Shown in pieces: positions 1-12,156 of a DNA stretch of 64,000 bases. Within the stretch, counting starts at the first letter, position 1. Every line of letters begins with the position of its first letter. This DNA is from Cycas panzhihuaensis (Eukaryota; Plantae; Cycadophyta), in contig CM041465.1 in NCBI GenBank assembly GCA_023213395.1, positions 135,229,741-135,293,740 of the forward strand, given 5' to 3'. The notes under the pieces were generated by a model. It was not told the DNA's origin. It worked only from the letters and a program-made list of their open reading frames with translations, and did no database searches. The translations under genes were made by a program, and so were the position numbers.

Positions 1-1460
1 TATCTTCTTTGTGGATCATTAGGCTTTAAAACAATTGATAAACAAATAAATTTTGCAAGGTGGTTGATGCTATTTCAAGAATTTAATTTTAAAATCAACG
101 TTAAAAAAGGAGAAAAACATATAGTGACTGATGTGCTATCGCGAAAAGTGTACGAGGAACCAGCCACGAGAATTCAGGACGATTTTCCTAACACTCAATT
201 ATTTTCTATGGAGGCAGTACCAAAAATGGTACGAGGGGATCATAGAATATTTGGCTACAAATTAGACCCCTAAAGGGTTGGAGCGAGTGGAAAGACAGTG
301 TCATTTGAAAGGCTTTTCCTTTCCAGTTGGTATGTGGAATGTTATACAAATTAGGCCCAAACAGAGTGTTAAGAAGACACATATTAGAACATGAAGTACA
401 GACAGGTCTGCAAGAAGTTTACGAAGGAGTGATAGCTAAGCACCAATGCATGGAACCTACAGTACGAAAGATTTTATTGGCAAGTCTTTAATGGCCAATA
501 GTATTTGAAAATACTGAAAAATATATTCAAAGTTGCAATCTCTGTTGACAGCGTGCACATGCCCAGAAAACAACATTTTATGCCTATTCACCTGATCCTA
601 GCACAAGCACCCTGAGAAAAGTGGGGACAGAATTTTATTGGACCAACAAAACAAACAAATGCAAAATATATACCGGTAACTATCGATTTCTTTACAAAAT
701 GGACAGAAGCTCAACCTCTCAAGAATTGCGATGCTAAGAGTATGGCAAGATTTTTATAAGAAAATATCATAGTCTGTTTTGGTTGCCCTTTAGAATTAGT
801 ATCGAATCATAGTAGCAATTTTTTAGATAGCACTATAAAACATCTTACTAGTGAATTCATGATTCAACACTACCAATCTTCCCCCACTTATCTTAGAGTT
901 AATGGTCAGGTTGAAAACACTAACAAAATCTTGAAATTAGCTCTGTCAAAGATTTGCTGTGAGGGAAGAACGGACTGGGTAGAATGGTTATATTCTGTCC
1001 TTTGGGCAGATAGAATGACGACCAAATGGCCACACAAGCAGATGCCATTCCAATTGGTATATGGCTTGGAAGCTATACTCCCATTGGAATTCAAGACATA
1101 AAGCTTCATAGTAGTTGTTTAACTATGAATAAACAAATAAGATTCATGGAACGAAAAAATCGTAGAGCTTTTAAAATTGGACGAACGAAGGGCGCAAGCT
1201 TTATGGGAGTTAAAAACTAAAAAGAGGCGACAAAAGGCATGGCATAATCGACACTTCTGGATACCAGAATTCCATGGAGATGACCTTGTACTAATGTACG
1301 ATAGTAAGTTCTGAATGAAACCAAGTAAAATAAAATTACGCTGATTAGGACCATATAAGGTAATTCACATTGGCAGAAATGGGGCAATCCAACTCAGACA
1401 GTTAGATGGTAAAATTCTCCCTAAGGCAATCAATGGCAATAGGCTGAAGCCTTATACAAC
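1..1460 (+). mobile_element. Ty3/Gypsy (Athila/Tat-like, non-chromovirus) pol 3' remnant: RNase H end, integrase, GPY/F domain
   Basis: RWLMLFQEFNFKINVKKGEKHIVTDVLSR (RNase H tail), SSPTYLRVNGQVENTNKIL and PFQLVYGLEAILPLE (integrase core), GPYKVI and NGNRLKPY at ~1350-1455. Many stops and frameshifts. Confidence 0.9.
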
Positions 1461-1463
1461 AAG

Positions 1464-1501
<38 letters not shown>

Positions 1502-1517
1502 AAAAAAAAAAAAAAAA
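1464..1517. repeat. (TA)n(TG)n microsatellite followed by poly-A
   Basis: Directly visible just after the pol end. Confidence 0.9.
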
Positions 1518-1828
1518 TTGATGTAAATCATAGACCAATAAATATCGTTATCATCAAAAAGAGGACCTACGATGAGAAATTAAAGAAGGAAAGAGTTTGC
1601 AATCGATGCCAAATCTAGGAATGAAAGTTGCGAGTAAATGTGACGTGACCGTTATTATGGAAGGTGTCAATTGCGATCCATACGGTTAACATTTCCATGA
1701 TTGCAATAAGACACGAAAATGATGAACACATAAATGCAACAGTTATGAACAATCTTTTAAATAATTATGCGGAATTAAGCACGACAACTACAATCTCCCC
1801 GTATTGAATTGCAAGTAAGAGCATAACT

Positions 1829-3570
1829 ATGGCGACGATTGACTTGCAACGAATGATAGTAACTTTTAGAGAATCTAATGATGATCAAATCTGGAAGCAA
1901 TGGCTTGAGATGCAACCAGAAGAAGAATGTGAAAAGAGATTAACAGTTGCCAAATTGAACCAATATATACTGATTGGCGCCCTTCCAATTATGTACAGTT
2001 TCCTTTCAACAACAATAACGATGGTGGTGCAACATCTGTCCTTGTTAGATTTTTCTATTGAAGCTATTGCACGATTAACTGGGTTACCAAATCAAGGACC
2101 AGATATCCCCAAGGATAAACGGATACCCAGGGAATAGATAACATATGAAATTGTAGCAAGGGAATTTAATGTTTCTAGTTCAAAGATTTAAATTTCAGGA
2201 ATTTCCTCCAAGGAAATGCTGTGGATAGCACATTTCCTATTTACTAGAGTAATATTAGGACAGAAGAATTCATTTGTCCCTACACCCATTTGCATACAAT
2301 GTTAATAAAGGTCATAGAGGGTCATCAGTTTAATTGGGCCAGATTCGTCTCTAGTAAGTTTCTAAAAAATTTGAAGGCTATAAAGGGTGCCACTCAATCT
2401 ATTTTATTCTTTTATCCTACCTTGTTGTAGGGGTTATTATTTTCACAGTGCTCAGATATTCAACTTCCAAAGGTTGAGGAGGGACAACCCTTGCTGGTCA
2501 AATGGACAAAACTATTCTCAAGGGAATGTGAAAGAAGTTCGCTGCCCCTAGCAAAGTTATAGGAATAGGCCATTAGTTGGCTCCATCAACAATGGCAAGC
2601 TAGAGTACTCCACAATCGTGCCCAATAAGGAATGAAAAAGAAGAGGTAAAACTGTGAGTAGGGGTGACCTCGCGAGTTCGAACAAGGATATAGGATCGAG
2701 ACCATAAACAAGAGGATGAGAAGAGAACAGAAATACGACAAGGGAAACAAAAGGCGAAAGAAGAACCTAACATGGGCAATGAAGGAGCAAAGCAATCGAT
2801 AAAAGATCCAAAGACAGTTGAACCATTAAAATGTTAAGAGGAGGAGAGACAAAAAAGGTGAAAATTAGCAACAGAAAAGAGGTGACGAATTTTTTTAAAA
2901 ATTTTTAAATAATCAACCACCCGAAGTGGAATTTGATCAATCAGAAGATTTTTTGGAGGAGGGCCTAGACCTAATGAACTGTGACCCACAAGATATTTCG
3001 CAATAGAAGACCTCCTCCTTGACGAAAGTGACTAGGCAACTTGTGACTAAATTGGAGCAAAGGAAGACCTCCACTAAACACGCAGAGAATTCAACAACTT
3101 AAAAAAAAACTAGTACCTACAGAGGCCCGCCTGGTATGTTTGAAGAAATTTATTATGATTTGGGTAAAGAATACTAATAGCATTGCTCCTAAGGTACAAA
3201 CATTCAAAGGCTATTTTCATCAGGAGTTTCCTCAAGGTTTGCATGAGGTAATTTATAAGTTAGGAGCCCGAATTCTTGAGACAGAAGAAGATGCAACCCA
3301 TGCAAATAAATTTTGGAGTAAAATACACCACTTGCAGTAGGAATTGGCTAGGACAGAACAATTGTACAATGAGGCAATGATGGAAATTGAACGAATGCAT
3401 AGAGGGGAAAAGTCTACATTGGCACAGTTGGATGCATTACGAGGTGTTGCCATTTTAGTGGATCATTGTCGATCGCAAGGAGTGTGTGTTCCACCAACTC
3501 TCGCGAGATCAGATACAAATTATATCTATAGATGGAAGATGCATAGTATATGTTGTCATTTAAAAATTTT
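1829..3570 (+). pseudogene. Degenerate extra (env-like / 3') ORF of the Gypsy element
   Basis: Same-strand ORF fragments 1829-2137, 3140-3340 and 3344-3607 between pol and the purine tract at ~3571. Motifs FSIEAIARLTGLPNQG and GHQFNWARFV, a charged low-complexity middle, and a coiled-coil-like end. Confidence 0.6.
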
Positions 3571-3719
3571 GGAGGGGAAGGAATGGGTGGAAGAAAATTT
3601 TTTGTAATGAAACAAGTGAGGACACTTGTTGATTTTATGACAAAGGAGATGTGTGCAAGTAAAACTACACACAATTTTGAAGAAAATTGTAAGTAAAATA
3701 ATAAGTTATAGTTGAAATA

Positions 3720-3990
3720 GACATTGCAATTAGGGTCACGAGTACAAGTAGATCGCAAGTACAAACATATCGCAATTAGGGTCGTGAGTACCAGCAGTCA
3801 TGCATTACGAGCAGATCGCAATTGGGGTCCTGAGTACGAATGGTAGGGGTCGCAAGTATGAATAGATCGTAGTTAGGGTCACGAATACAGCAAATCGCAG
3901 TTAGGGTCACAAGTACAAACAGATCGCATTTGAAGTCACGTTTACGAGCAAATCGCAGTTCGGGTCACAACTACGAGCAGATCGTAGTTG
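3720..3990 (+). repeat. Tandem array of ~28-29 bp unit (AGATCGCARTTAGGGTCACGAGTACRARC), about 8-9 degenerate copies
   Basis: Recurring (G/A)ATCGCA/GATCGTA...GGGTCAC/GGGTCG motifs. Confidence 0.85.
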
Positions 3991-4341
3991 GGATGGTTAC
4001 AATCTGATTGTAGTTTGAGAAATATGATTATTACTAAATGTATTAGGAATGAAGACCAATCGTTCTTAATCATTTTGTAACCAATGGTGATTGAAACCAT
4101 TGGGTCATTTTGTATAAATAGTAGTTGTTTAATGTATAATGTATGTATGCGTGTGTATATGTGAGGGTGGGGGAGCTTGAGAAGAGACACGTAAGGTTTT
4201 TCTTGTTGTGGCAAGCTTGACGTTCTAGTCCAATGTTTGTAGACTATCGAGCCTGCATTTGGTTGTGAGAGGACTAGATACAGTTCCCTATTCTAATGAT
4301 ATTGTGTTTTGCATCATATTGAATATTCCTTGTGCTTGCTT

Positions 4342-4567
4342 TAAATGTTTTTATTTTTTATTTTTTTCACACGAGAGAGAATTTAGATGCACACCCAGAG
4401 GCACGCACCCACCTATACCCCACTCACGGCACTTAGGGGTACAACCTTTAACGTCGGCGGCCTCCAACTGGGTACGCTTAGAACCCACAATGACGGCCCC
4501 CAAGATCGATTTGCAGCCAAGCACCCAAAAGTGGGAGTAGCCCACTGTTAGACCATCCCTTTGGGGA
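4342..4567 (-). mobile_element. SINE-like retroposon with A-rich tail and 14-bp TSD
   Basis: CCTTGTGCTTGCTT at 4328-4341 and 4568-4581. T-rich tail at 4342-4367. On the minus strand: TT|AAGC insertion site and an A-box-like TGGTCTAACAGTGG near the 5' end. The body is GC-rich. Confidence 0.8.
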
Positions 4568-5864
4568 CCTTGTGCTTGCTTAATTCATTATATCGCTATT
4601 GTAGATGAGTAGGGTGAGGCACACAACCAGCTACCCTTCTCTTTTCTTTAATACATAGAACCAAAATATATCAAAAACTCCATTTTAAAAATGAAAACTA
4701 AGTATTATGGTACATCCTTATTGTGATACATGCTCCATGTTATCATCGTAATGCAATCTCAACAGATGCTCTTCTGTTCTATCTGTAATCAATATCTTGA
4801 ATCATCCAATCGATGCTTATCATAGCACAATGAGTTTTATTTTACCCTATTCCAAGATAAATAATTATCAAACCAAATTCTAACATAGATCACTTTTTCT
4901 ATACTTTGAATCTTATATACTATCACATAGCAGCTAAATGTTAGCAGCCAGCAATCTCATACTACCATGTTAGAGAAAAAGGTACTTTGCAAGTCAGAAA
5001 TATTAAGAGAAATGCGAAAGGTCCATGTACAACAAATGCAAAAGGTCCATGCACAACTCTGCTCCATTAGTTTCTTGTCTCATAACGGAAAATGTCAACA
5101 AAACCCACAGCAGATAGTAACACTTTTTCCACTCGAAAACTTTGCGTGCCCTGATTTTCAATGTTATCCATTTTGCCATCAAACAGGTACGTGTAGAATT
5201 GTATCGGCGTAGTAAGTTACAGTGTCACCACAGTCTGGTAATATCACAGATAATATCTCTTAAAGATGCATCGTGTGTTTTCCTATTTCATGGCACACAC
5301 TGCGAATTAAACTATGATAAAACCCTTGAAAAACATTTTCATTGCCATGACATCAGGAAAAACTCATTCCATAATCAGGTATGTCATTATTTGCATATTT
5401 TTGATTTTATGCCTATGATTTTATTGATATTGAAGCTCACTGACCTGGACTGCTACTTCTAATCTACTTAGAATGCTGTCAATCGCCATGACTTTCAAGC
5501 CAGCACCTAAGGACTGGGCAGACCATTCTCTACCTTAGATAGCACTGTTGCCATATTTCTAATCATATTCACGCATAAGTAATGACCTTAAAATGCATCA
5601 CCCTAGTTTTGACAAGCCACAGGTGCATACAGGAATGCCTTGTTTGCGTAAGAATCTTTCTAATATCGAATACAAACAAAATTTACTTATAAAATGTTGT
5701 CAAACCCCAACAAAAGCAATCACCCCCACCCCGCCCCCCTCCAGGCCCTAACTTCCAAACATATATCAAACTGATCTGAAGGTAGCTTGGCCCATGCACT
5801 GAATTGATACAACTTTTTGGCATTGATTATATCACAAATGAGCAGAAAGATTCAAGCATGCTTT

Positions 5865-7415
5865 ACACAGTTGATAATAGAGATTCATCTTTTACAAGCA
5901 ATTCAGATACTGGCCTACCTTTAATTTCACAGGTAAAACTATATGGAGATTGTATTCTTCCTTAACAGAATATTTTCCCTAGCACCCTATTAACATCAAT
6001 AGCATCAATAGCATTCCCAAGAGTTTCTGACAACTGCTCTCTGTTCATAATTTTGTCTCCACAAGCTCTAGGAATCCTTTTCTTTTAAAAGCATGAACTC
6101 CAGAGACATTTAAAACCAAGGAAGCTAAGCCACCTCATTGATAACTAAGAATTGCTAACAGATTATTGCTTGAACGCAAAGTGTTTTGATAAATCTCTTA
6201 ACTTATGTTAAGAGAGTCGAACAGAACATGCAGTGTTTTGCTAGGCAGGAATTCAACCAAACAAATGAAATCGGAAATGGACATAAATACTCCCTGTTTT
6301 TCTGGGCAGGAATACAAAGACATTTGTTGTAGATTGCTAGAGCAGAGAAGCTGAGACATAATCCTCTGTAATGTTCTGTTCTCCATGTAAATGACAAATC
6401 TAAGACAAAGACACCAAAAAAATATAAAAGATCCCAGTCAATATGCACATTCAAAAAGTATCCTTTGTTGTCCTCACATTTCTAGAACTCTAGAGCACTA
6501 AAAAATCACAATAACAGTAGCAGTCAACCAACCACCTGTTTCTGGGATGTAAATGCAAACTTTTATTTACATGTATACTTGACACAGTTGATAATCGAGA
6601 TGGTTTTACAAGCAATTCGCATAGGGGCCTACCTTTAATTTCATGGCTAAAACTATACGAAGAACGCATTCTGCCATATTTAGAGGGTTTTCTCCAAACA
6701 ATACATTCCAACAGTTTCTCTCTTGTTTTCTGTTCACAATTTGCTCTCTGTTCACAGTTGTAGCTCTGCCGGCCCTAGGAATGCTTTTTTCCAAGAGAAT
6801 AATTCACCAAGGAAGCTAAGTTTCCCTCATTGATGGTTAAAAATTTCTCACAGATTACTATTCGAATACAAGGTGTTTTGATAAAGCTCTTACCCGTTTT
6901 AAAAGAGCCATGCAAAACACCAAAGAAGCTAAGCCTCCCTCATTGATGGCTAAAAGTTGGCTAAGAGATTACTATTTGAATAGAGGGTATTTCGATAAAT
7001 CTCTTACTCCAATTTTAAAAAAACCACACCAAACACGTAGTGTTTCACTAGATAGGAATTAAGCCAAATAAATGAAATAAAAAAAATGGGCATAAACACC
7101 ACGGTTTCTCTGAATTGGAATACTAAGACATTTGTTGTAAATAGCTAAAACAAAGAAATTGATACATAATCCCCATAATGCTCTGTATTCTGTGTCAATA
7201 ATACTCTGTTTTCTATGTCAATAATGACTCTAGAACATTCAAAAATACGAGAAAAAATACAAGAGATATGATTCCTCATACATTCAAAAAGTATTCTCTT
7301 TCTGATGCCCTCACATTTCTTGGGCTCAAGAACAATGAAAAATCACAATAATTGGAGCAGTCGAGCAACCATCGGCTTGTGAGATGCAAGTTCAAACTGT
7401 TGCTTACAGCATACA
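5865..7415. repeat. Diverged tandem duplication (~715-bp unit 5865-6581, second unit 6582-7415 containing an extra ~120-bp internal duplication)
   Basis: Paired motifs ACACAGTTGATAAT, GGCCTACCTTTAATTTCA, AAGACATTTGTTGTA and ACATTCAAAAAGTAT. GAAGCTAAG...CTCATTGAT occurs three times (6121, 6812, 6925). Confidence 0.85.
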
Positions 7416-7461
7416 ATACAATAGTAAACAAACATAAAATACATATTCCCCTTTCAAGAAC

Positions 7462-7900
7462 CTGCTTGAGAAAGTGTAAGTAGCGGCCAGTGCGCTAGAT
7501 TTATTTAGTACTTCCATTTTCAAACTCTTCCATGGTTTTAGCATCCGCTGCCACACACAAAATCACAAATAACCGCCTGCAAATATCCTAAGATCATTCC
7601 TTGCAGCAGTTGGATTGCATAGAAGAACAGATAGCGCCGATATTCGAAAGTAATCCCTCGCGCTTCCATCAAAGATCTATGTGATATTTTTCAAAATCCG
7701 TATCACCTATTTAATAAACCATTCTACTTCAAAGGATTCTGTTGTGTTTGCAACAAACACATTCACGTTTGCTGCATAAAACAGTAACATACCTGACGTT
7801 GTTTTTTTATTCTGAAATAACTTGGCAATCCGCGTGCTATCGCCTGGACAAAACGAAACCCTTTGGCTTCCACAGCTTAAATTGTCATCGATTGCGTCGA
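7462..7900 (-). other. Candidate 5' exons of an unidentified transcript (exon ~7900-7793, intron 7792-7578, exon 7577-7462)
   Basis: Minus-strand donor CAG|GTATGT at 7792, acceptor TTGCAG|G at 7578 and donor CAG|GTTCTT at 7461, in CpG-retaining sequence. No recognisable protein. Confidence 0.3.
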
Positions 7901-7978
7901 AATATTTCAGACTGTAAAAATTTAATTTAAAAATATATTTATTTATTTTTTAAATAAGCAACCTGTTAATCCATAACC

Positions 7979-8105
7979 GTATTCTTGTTTTGCAGCATGT
8001 TGCTGGGCTTTAGATCACAATAACTATTGGCAAGAAGCTTTGTATTCTTGTCTTGAAGCATCTTGCTGGGTTTCAGATCACAATAGCTATTGGCAAACAA
8101 CTTTG
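7979..8105. repeat. ~63-bp tandem duplication
   Basis: GTATTCTTGT...GCTGGG...AGATCACAATA.CTATTGGCAA...CTTTG occurs twice. Confidence 0.85.
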
Positions 8106-8396
8106 CAGGTGATGAAGGCCTTGAATGTTAAGAGAGCAAATCAATGCATTATACACGTTATTCCGATGAAAAAGGGGCCGAAACTGAGAAAACAAATGAA
8201 GGGGCTTTTTAGACGAAAACACCATTTTCTGTTTGGAGAACAACATACCCCGAGAAGCAAATGTGAACATTCACATATTTTTTTTTACGGCCAACAGAAA
8301 TCCCCTCCAAATATCAAAGAAATCTGGTGGACATTGCTTCCATGGACGATCTCGGGAGCGCCCTTCCTCCAAATACCCCCTCTCTGAAATATTTCC

Positions 8397-8420
8397 AGAT
8401 CCAACGGATGAGAACGGTTC
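8397..8420. promoter_or_regulatory. MSA-like AACGG motifs in a CpG-rich promoter-like segment
   Basis: AGATCCAACGGATGAGAACGGTT. CpG density at 8340-8650 is much higher than in the flanking TE DNA. Confidence 0.25.
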
Positions 8421-9599
8421 AAGGATGTCGATCGTCCGATTGAAAGTAGTTGGATACATAGCGTCTGCAATACGAAAGGTTGAAGGATCCCTAAAACCGG
8501 TCACCGACCTCGTGGTTTCAGTAAAAATTTCAGCAGAAGAGTCCAAAAAAATAAAAGGAGTCCGATGATATTTTCTATCTCGATTTGCTCCTGCAATATC
8601 TAATATCGAGTGAAAACTTAATAGTTGGCAGTATTTTATTGGCGTTGTCAAAAAATATATGGTATCATTTATAGTGATAGGGATGTGGGTTTTATCAACA
8701 TCAATTAATTATTATTTTAATATGTAAATAATTTAAAATTGAATTAGGCACTACTTAAGGTGGGGAAATGCTTGAGGTCAAATCTTCTCATCGCCAACTT
8801 GCATTTTTGACAATACATGGTTTTTTGTCTTTTCCATGTTATTAATACCCAATTGTGGTGAGAATGAACTTGTTCTATGAGTTTGGGGTTATAAATAAAA
8901 TACACACAAGATAATGCTTTACATGATAGGTGTAGTCCTCATATATAAAGAGAGTATGGGTTGCATTAATTTAAATTATGCATTTATAATTTTTTTTAAA
9001 AGATTATAATTATCTTAAAATATATTAACCAATAGAGATTTGATGCAAGTGTAATAAAGACACGTTAGGGAGTATAATAGAGTTTTGAAAAATAACGAAT
9101 AGATCCACATATGACTTTTCCATCTTGAAGCAAAAATTATGGTTGACAGTCACATTGTAATAATAATACTCTTATAAAAGTAGCGCAAAGTATCACTTCT
9201 CCTGTAAGGATGCTAAAGTAAGTTTTATCTTTATAATCATGCCATGGAATTCTAGAAACTCGGTTTTAACCTATCATAAATATCATTTTTAGTTAGAGTA
9301 AGATACCTCTTATATGTAAGCTATGCATCATCATCATCAAAATTTAATTTACATATTAACATTAATAAATCATAAAGCACAGTTGTTCTACATGCTTAAC
9401 ATGGTGGAATGATAATCTATGAGGGGGGTGGATTTCTAAGGGACCATATATAAAAAGTTTCTAAATCTATCTTACACTTCTAAGTCAAACATATATTTCA
9501 TTATGCAAATAAATGACGTTCACGACAAAGGAAGTGAATGAAACCTAGTTATGCAAGTTTGCTTCTCATGGCTAAACCTTGGTAAATGATGGCCCACAA

Positions 9600-11350
9600 A
9601 TCCAACCTCAACTTTGATAATGTTTTGATATCTCAAATAATTTTGAAGTAGTATTTTCAACTAAAAGGAAACGGATTCAATCTTGGCCTTCAGTTGAGTG
9701 TCAAAATAATAAGAGGATTAAGTACTACAAATTTACATATCCCATATAAACCTAATGTCAAACAAAAAGCTCCATGCCTCCATATCTTATTTCTTTAAGG
9801 GGATTATGTCAAGCACACATCTACCAATCGTATTCTATCTTCAAGCATGGTATCTTAAATATATTTGACCACTAAAGTCAATCTATAAAGGTTAGTTTGT
9901 AGGCATTCATGATAATTAACAAAGGAACCAATAGTGTTCATGTATATTCTAAAGGTTGCCTAGGGAATTAATTCTTTTCTTGTATAACCTAAGGCCATAA
10001 AAGCACTGGATTGCACCTAAACATTGCCCATTAATTATGATGAGAGAGGACCACTGAAGAGAGATATTAAAACTAAAGTTTCTTTGGAAACTACCTTGAT
10101 TCCATTATAGCATCTTTATAACATTTAACCAACGCACTTAAATTCTCATAAAATAAGAGGGCCTAATAGTTTGAAAACTTTAGGATTCAAGATCACCTCA
10201 TAAATGGGCAAGTTATACAACAAAGTCTCAATGCTCCTTATTAGTCAAAGGTAGCCTTAACTTGTGTTTAAGACTTAATATTATCTAGAGATTTGAGCTA
10301 ATTTTTATCAAGTTATTCAAGATTAATAAGCTATGCTTCAAGTTTATCCACCACTTCAAAGGGAAGGATTCTTTAACTAGATGGGTAGCATAACCACTCA
10401 TTCATTAATAAGAGAAAAGGGTGCAAAGTTGGTTGCCACTTTAACTATGATGTGGTAAGCTACCCTAATTTAGTTACCAATTAACTATGATGTGGTAAGC
10501 CCAATGCATAGCATAGATTTTATTATGCCAATCCTTTATCTTTTTGTCTATTATCCTCTTGTAAAATGACTTTAAGGCTTTTGTTAAATGATTTAGTGCA
10601 ACCATATGTTAAGGAAGGTAGGGGGCAATTTTCCATATTTATTGCAAGTCTTAGAAATAACTCTTCTATCACGTGGTTGATGAAATAAGTTTCATGGTCA
10701 AAATCTATCATTTGGAATATTCAAAACAACAAGCAGCATGGCTAACTATGAATATGGCAATCGGATAATCATTGTTTATATGAATAAGTATGACTTTCCT
10801 TAGACACATCCTTCTTCCATATTTCCCTTAAGATGATCTTTCAAGATTCACTTCTTGGGACTACTCTAATCATCGAATTAGTAAGGAGAGTTTCCCTTAG
10901 TTAATGATGTTATGGAGTATTCCCATTACTTTAACAATTATATAGAACTCCCAATTGGCAAGAGGGGCACCATAACTCCATTCATGGCCTAAACAAAGTT
11001 TCAACAAAATTGAGCTTCCCCTAAAGAATGATGTACAAGACACTTGATCCCCCCATTTATTTGTGAAATATGCAAAACTCCCATTTAATAAAATAGATGT
11101 CTTCCTTGGCCCTAAAGTAGATATGTAGGAGTTGAGTTACTTATAGTTTTTGTACCAAGGGAACCATCTAAAAGAATCAAATCCATAAATTCTAAAGAGG
11201 GTTTTGGTTATAATTTATAATTTGCTAACTAGTAATAAATCCTTTCCATTCCAATAGTTAATTAATTTAGATTCTAAATCCATTTGGGATATATTCCTAC
11301 ATATCGTAGCTAAATTCATCTGTTTCTTAAAAATTGACATTCTAGAATCC
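9600..11350 (-). mobile_element. Highly degenerate Tat/Ogre-like gag-protease remnant
   Basis: DHETYFINHVIEELF..INMENCPLP resembles the Ogre/Tat gag Zn-knuckle and NNPLP region. There is a gag-like LTNSM..ES*K segment at ~10840-10895. Confidence 0.4.
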
Positions 11351-12156
11351 ATTATGGTATACGTAAGTCAGGTATGCATTTGTTGATTTTATTTTAATTT
11401 GATTTTAAGCTTCTATATGCATGCTACTAATGTTTACATGTTATGTTGGTGATAGATGTGTAAGTAGCTCAACCTGTGATGAGAGATACTTATTGATGGC
11501 ACAATAAAATTATTCACCTGAACCTTATATGTTAAAGAAATTGCCCTCTACAATCTCTAGAGTACTTTTAGGATCTTTTTCCCCATTAGTTGATAAGTTT
11601 TTATCACTCTCTTCTGTTAGGATTTTGCTTAGTTTTTTTTTTTTTTTTAATTTGTCAAATTTTCTCTATCACCATTATAAATCTTGATTCATTGTAATTT
11701 TCAAAGCTAGATGTGATGCACTACTATAAAATCATAACAGTGCATTATGTCTTATTGTGAATTATTTTATGGCTAAACATTACATCTCATTCTAAATTTA
11801 TAATGGGGTGTGACGCATTATTTTGATTCATAATAGAGCATCAGACCCTACTCTAAAAATTAAAATGTGGCACAAATGCCCTGTTATGGAATCACAAATA
11901 GCTATCATGTCATATTTATTATACTTACTTATACCTTTTACCCATCAAAACTTATAGTGGATTATGTAGGAAGATACAAGGAGTTAATACTCTATTCCCC
12001 ATACCCCCATGCCTCCTTTGGGTCAAAAACCATGATTTTTGGTCTATGGTTTAAAGTAAAACTTTAAACCTATCCCTTATTTAAAATTTCATTTAATTCA
12101 TATATTCAACAAGCATTAAATTACCATTCAAACCCTTGACCTAATTCCATGGGTTT

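Larger units (their letters stand above)
3603..4630 (+). mobile_element. Probable 3' LTR of the Gypsy element (boundaries approximate)
   Basis: Follows purine tract GGAGGGGAAGGAA. Starts TGTAATG and contains a tandem array and a SINE insertion. The partner LTR is outside the window. Confidence 0.45.

Noticed and set aside
3720-3990. CRISPR-like or telomere-like (TTAGGG-containing) array
   Set aside because: Contiguous degenerate tandem units with no unique spacers, no cas genes and no telomeric runs. It is an LTR minisatellite.
8040-8651. Overlapping 111-126 aa ORFs as real genes, or a telomerase RNA/snRNA locus
   Set aside because: No recognisable domain. No USE/TATA pair and no CTAAACCCT template were seen.
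10441-10500. Exact 20-bp direct repeat TTAACTATGATGTGGTAAGC with 20-bp spacer
   Set aside because: Only two copies. It is most simply a repair-associated local duplication.
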